From: Burkholderiales bacterium
GTDB taxonomy: Bacteria; Vulcanimicrobiota; Xenobia; Xenobiales; Xenobiaceae
DNA: 38,781 nt
Assembly (NCBI GenBank): GCA_012799975.1
Contig: JAAZKF010000111.1
Coordinates: 1 to 38,781, forward strand
Direction of reading: 5' to 3'
Shown here piece by piece: positions 35,366 through 38,781 of this stretch (position 1 is the stretch's first letter; the number at the start of each line of letters is the position of its first letter). The position numbers and the translations under genes are program-made. The notes below the pieces were generated by a model that was not told the DNA's origin, made no database searches, and saw only the letters and a program-made list of their open reading frames with translations.

Positions 35366-36064
35366 TCAATCGGTCTGCTCTTCGAACTGGAACTTGTAGC
35401 CGATTCCGTGCACAGTCTTGAGTTGCCGAGGAGAAGAGGGTTCATCCTCGATCTTCTGACGCAGACGCCTCATGTGCACGTCGACCGTCCGCGTATCCCC
35501 CAAATAATCGTATCCCCAGAGCTGCTCGAGCAGAAAGTCGCGCGTGAAGACCTTGCCGGGATTGGTCGCCATCAACTTCAGCAGGTCGAACTCCTTGGGT
35601 TTGAGCTCTACCACCTGCCCGTTCTTGCGCACCTCGTGCTTGACCAGGTTGATGCTCAGGTTATCGAAGGTGATCTCGTCCTTCTCTTCCGAACGGGCAC
35701 TGGTCCGGCGCAGAACGGCCTTGACCCGGGCCACCAGCTCGCGGGGTGAGAACGGCTTGGGCACATAATCGTCAGCCCCCAGTTCCAAGCCCAGGATCTT
35801 GTCGATCTCCTCGCCCTTGGCGGTGGCCATGATGATGGGGGTCTTCATCTCACGCCGCAGGATCCGGGTGACCTCCAGACCGCCCTGTCCTGGCAGCATG
35901 ATGTCCAGGATGATCAGGTCGGGGCGGTCCTGGCGTGCAACGTTTACGGCTTCGATGCCATCATAGGCACAGATGACTTCGTACCCCTCCTTTTCGAGGT
36001 TGTACTTGATCAATTCGACGATGTTCCGTTCATCATCGACCACCAGAATCCGCTCTTTCGCCAT
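35366..36064 (-). CDS. PhoB/WalR-like OmpR-family response regulator
   Basis: VVDDE, LDIMLP, GADDYVPKPF, DTRTVDVHMRRLRQKIE and TVHGIGYKF. GGAGG SD. Confidence 0.95.
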   Translation of the reverse strand: MAKERILVVDDERNIVELIKYNLEKEGYEVICAYDGIEAVNVARQDRPDLIILDIMLPGQGGLEVTRILRREMKTPIIMATAKGEEIDKILGLELGADDYVPKPFSPRELVARVKAVLRRTSARSEEKDEITFDNLSINLVKHEVRKNGQVVELKPKEFDLLKLMATNPGKVFTRDFLLEQLWGYDYLGDTRTVDVHMRRLRQKIEDEPSSPRQLKTVHGIGYKFQFEEQTD

Positions 36065-36113
36065 CCAGCCCTCCCTTTTCCCGGCACACCTTCCCCAGCG
36101 ACGGGAAAACTGC

Positions 36114-36890
36114 TCAGGGCAGACAGATTCCTGCCGCCATGCGCCCCGTCACCTTCTGGTCTCTCCGGTAGGAATAAAACAAATCCTCGCGGCACGAGGT
36201 GCAGACCCTGCTGATACAGACCTGTGCCTCGGGCACCCCGACGTCCAGGAGGATTTCGAGGTTGGCACGCCAGAGATCGACGTTGAACCTATTCCCCTGG
36301 CCCCGCACCAGTTCCTCCCCGGGAAACCGGCGCAGGAAGGGGTCGGCCACATCCTCATGCACCTCAAAGCAGCACGGTCCGATGGCCGGGCCTATAGCCA
36401 CCTGAAGATCGGCCGCACATGAGCCGTATTCTGCAACCATCGCGCAGACGGTGGCCCGAGCCACGCCCTGGAGGGTTCCCCGCCAACCGGCATGCGCCAG
36501 GCCGACGACCTTGCGTACGGGATCGTGGAACATAATCGGGACGCAATCCGCGGTGGTGATCATCAGCGCGACCCCGGGCCGATCCGTGATGCAGGCATCA
36601 CCTATCCGCCTCGTAGGAGGCTGCGATTCCAACCGCACGACCTGGGCTCCGTGCACCATATTGAGAATGGGGACCAGCGGAAAACCCCACTCCCGCTCCA
36701 GGCGAAGCCGGTTCTCGTGGACCCGCCGGGGGTGGTCGCAGGTCGTCTGCCCGATGTTCAGGGCCTGGTAGGGCCCCTGGCTGACGCCTCCCAGGCGAGT
36801 CGAAAAACCGTGAGGCACAACCAGGTTGGGGAAGGTCAGGTAACGGGCCTGTCGACCCTTAAGGACAGCGGGCGCGAGGTCGTCGGACAT
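36114..36890 (-). CDS. pgeF: PgeF/YfiH family (purine nucleoside phosphorylase-like / peptidoglycan editing factor)
   Basis: HGFSTRLGGVS, TADCVP, HAGWRG, IGPAIGPCCFEV and CT.C..DLFYSYRR motifs. Start at MSDDL (36890). Confidence 0.92.
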   Translation of the reverse strand: MSDDLAPAVLKGRQARYLTFPNLVVPHGFSTRLGGVSQGPYQALNIGQTTCDHPRRVHENRLRLEREWGFPLVPILNMVHGAQVVRLESQPPTRRIGDACITDRPGVALMITTADCVPIMFHDPVRKVVGLAHAGWRGTLQGVARATVCAMVAEYGSCAADLQVAIGPAIGPCCFEVHEDVADPFLRRFPGEELVRGQGNRFNVDLWRANLEILLDVGVPEAQVCISRVCTSCREDLFYSYRRDQKVTGRMAAGICLP

Positions 36891-38578
36891 GGGTGGGAGG
36901 CGATTCGGGCTGCTCGCGCCCGGTCCTTCAAGAGCAGATCTACAGACCAGGGCGAGGCCAGGTGACCCCATGGCAGAGGCCAGGCAGAATCCCTTGGGGT
37001 GAAGGCTTCCCGGGCCACGTCGATCCCTTCCTCCTCCAAAGCCTGCATCCAGGCCCGGAAAGAGGGGTTCCGAAAAACCGAGGCGATGACCCTGGCAAAG
37101 CGGCGATCCCCTCGAGCCAACAGCCCCTGGAGCAAGGCCCAGCGGGGCGACTCGGCGTGCACCTGGACTCCGCCCTCTCCGCCCAGGGCCCGTTCGACCT
37201 TCTTCATCCGGGCCGAGACCATCTGGCGGGAGGCCATGGCCTCCCATTGGAACGGGGTGGCCGGCTTGGGCACGAATTGACCCATCGAAAGCGTGATGCG
37301 TCCCCCCGAGCGTCCCTCTTCGCACTGGATCCGACGTGTCCGGCGAACCAGCTCGACCAGGGCTTCCACGTGCTCGTCCTCCTCCTCGGGCAGGCCGATC
37401 ATGGAATACATCCGCAGATTCCGGACACCTTTGCGGAAGACCCGACAAGCTGCATCCAGATACTCGTCGCCGGTGAATCTTTTGTTGATCGCCCGGCGCA
37501 GACGGTCGGAGCCGACCTCGGGAGCCAGGGTCAGGGTCTGCGCTCCACCGCGAACCAGGGCCTCCAGAAGCGAATCCGGAAGGCGATCTGCCCGCAGCGA
37601 GGAGAAGGAGACCGACCCTCCACGGTCCAGAAGTCGTTGACAGAGATCGTCGATCTGGGGATGATTACCGACCGAGGCCGAAATCAGGCCCACTCGATCG
37701 GTCGATTCCAGCAGGTTCTCAACAACCTGCCAGAGGCGGTCCACCGGTTGCCACCGGACCCTGGGATAGGAGAATCCGACCGTGCAGAAGCGACACAGGT
37801 AGGGGCACCCCCGTGAGACCTCGACCAGTCCGGAACGCCCGAACTCGGTGTCGGGGGTCAGGATCTGCGAATAAGCCGGGGACTCTTGGAAGGCTGCCGG
37901 GGTCCGATGGCAGGGCTCGAGCCGGGGGGGTGCCCCGGGTGTCGCCACCAGCCCCGCAAAGCGCCCGTCTTGGTAGCGCGGTTCATAGAGCGAAGGGACG
38001 TAGAAGCCCGAGAGCTGGGCCAGGGCCTCCAGACGAGCGCGTCGGTCCCGCTGTGCCCCCCGGCGCAGAGATTCGATCAGGGGCCCGACCAGGCCTTCGG
38101 CCTCGCCCAGGGCGAAGAGGTCGACGAAATCGGCGAGGGGCTCGGGGTTGAGCAGGGTGATGGCCCCTCCCACCAGCACGAGGGGCTGGTCCGCGGTCCG
38201 CTCCTCGGAGAAGATTGGCAATCCCGCCAGATCCAGCATCAAGGCCAGATGGGGGTAGTCGTTCTCGTAGGACACACTGAAGGCGACCAGGTCGAAGTCG
38301 CCCACTGGTCTCTGGCTCTCCAGGGTGAAGAGCTGCCTGCCGCAGTCCCGATATTCGCGGAGTTCTTCCGGGTCGGGGAGGAAGAAGCGCTCGCATGTGA
38401 CTCCGGGGGTCCCATTGAGCATGGCATAGACGGCCTGCATCCCCAGGTTGGACATGCCCACGAAGTAGGTGTTGGGATAACCCAAGGCCACCCGCACATC
38501 CCCTCCCGAGGCGGGCCGTAGCAAGGCCGTCTCCGCAGCCAGGCGACGCTCGGCATTCTGGATCAGATGCCACGACAT
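36836..38578 (-). CDS. Radical SAM protein (YPNTYFVGMSNLG-type)
   Basis: VEVSRGCPYLCRFC (CxxxCxxC), TLAPEVGS, MIGLP and FVPKPATPFQW motifs. Confidence 0.9.
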   Translation of the reverse strand: MSWHLIQNAERRLAAETALLRPASGGDVRVALGYPNTYFVGMSNLGMQAVYAMLNGTPGVTCERFFLPDPEELREYRDCGRQLFTLESQRPVGDFDLVAFSVSYENDYPHLALMLDLAGLPIFSEERTADQPLVLVGGAITLLNPEPLADFVDLFALGEAEGLVGPLIESLRRGAQRDRRARLEALAQLSGFYVPSLYEPRYQDGRFAGLVATPGAPPRLEPCHRTPAAFQESPAYSQILTPDTEFGRSGLVEVSRGCPYLCRFCTVGFSYPRVRWQPVDRLWQVVENLLESTDRVGLISASVGNHPQIDDLCQRLLDRGGSVSFSSLRADRLPDSLLEALVRGGAQTLTLAPEVGSDRLRRAINKRFTGDEYLDAACRVFRKGVRNLRMYSMIGLPEEEDEHVEALVELVRRTRRIQCEEGRSGGRITLSMGQFVPKPATPFQWEAMASRQMVSARMKKVERALGGEGGVQVHAESPRWALLQGLLARGDRRFARVIASVFRNPSFRAWMQALEEEGIDVAREAFTPRDSAWPLPWGHLASPWSVDLLLKDRARAARIASHPCPTTSRPLSLRVDRPVT

Positions 38579-38648
38579 CGTGCTGAGAGTCTAGCAGATC
38601 CGAGAAGGACGCACACCAGAAATTCGCCCCGACCTAGCAGCCTGCACC

Positions 38649-38781
38649 CCTGAAACCGCCGCCTGGCGTGAGAACCGAGGCCATCGAGGCGGGTCTGGAT
38701 GCCAGGAAGGCGTGCATCGAGGAGCGGAGCGTAGTTGGAAACTACGTGAGCACCGCAGAGGTGCGCCTGACGACGCAGACG
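38649..38781 (-). mobile_element. MITE copy 5 (cut by window edge)
   Basis: Starts CCTGAAACCGCCGCCTGGCGTG (one TIR mismatch) and continues as the reverse complement of the copy 1/2 core. Confidence 0.92.

Noticed and set aside
1-38781. MITE copies as a CRISPR array or tRNA/rRNA genes
   Set aside because: Copies are dispersed kilobases apart with no repeat-spacer periodicity, no cas genes, and no cloverleaf or rRNA motifs.

Overview
High-GC bacterial chromosomal segment (host not identifiable from sequence alone) with about 29 protein-coding genes. Metabolism: PPi-dependent phosphofructokinase, MetF, 7Fe-type ferredoxin, NfnAB-like transhydrogenase pair. Envelope/proteostasis: membrane and GT4 glycosyltransferases, M16 peptidase pair, LysM-NlpC/P60, SPFH pair, Spy/CpxP, BI-1/YccA, PgeF. 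Also MutS2, a radical SAM enzyme, and dense two-component/c-di-GMP signalling. The most striking non-gene signal is a modular, fully fold-back MITE family with five copies in 39 kb. It has CCTGAATCCGCCGCCT...AGGCGGCGGATTCAGG termini, 5-bp target-site duplications and 84/178/215-bp size classes, and both window ends fall inside copies. Other notable items: a PhoR/WalK-like kinase whose phospho-acceptor His is replaced by Gln, a MerR-HTH/Crp double-HTH regulator with 10-bp-phased direct repeats before its own start, an orphan TRAP DctP at the end of a hybrid kinase/REC/GGDEF cluster, an unlisted 52-aa ORF in a structured leader before the cyclase, and a decayed IS3-type transposase fragment. All family assignments are from motif recognition, not database searches.
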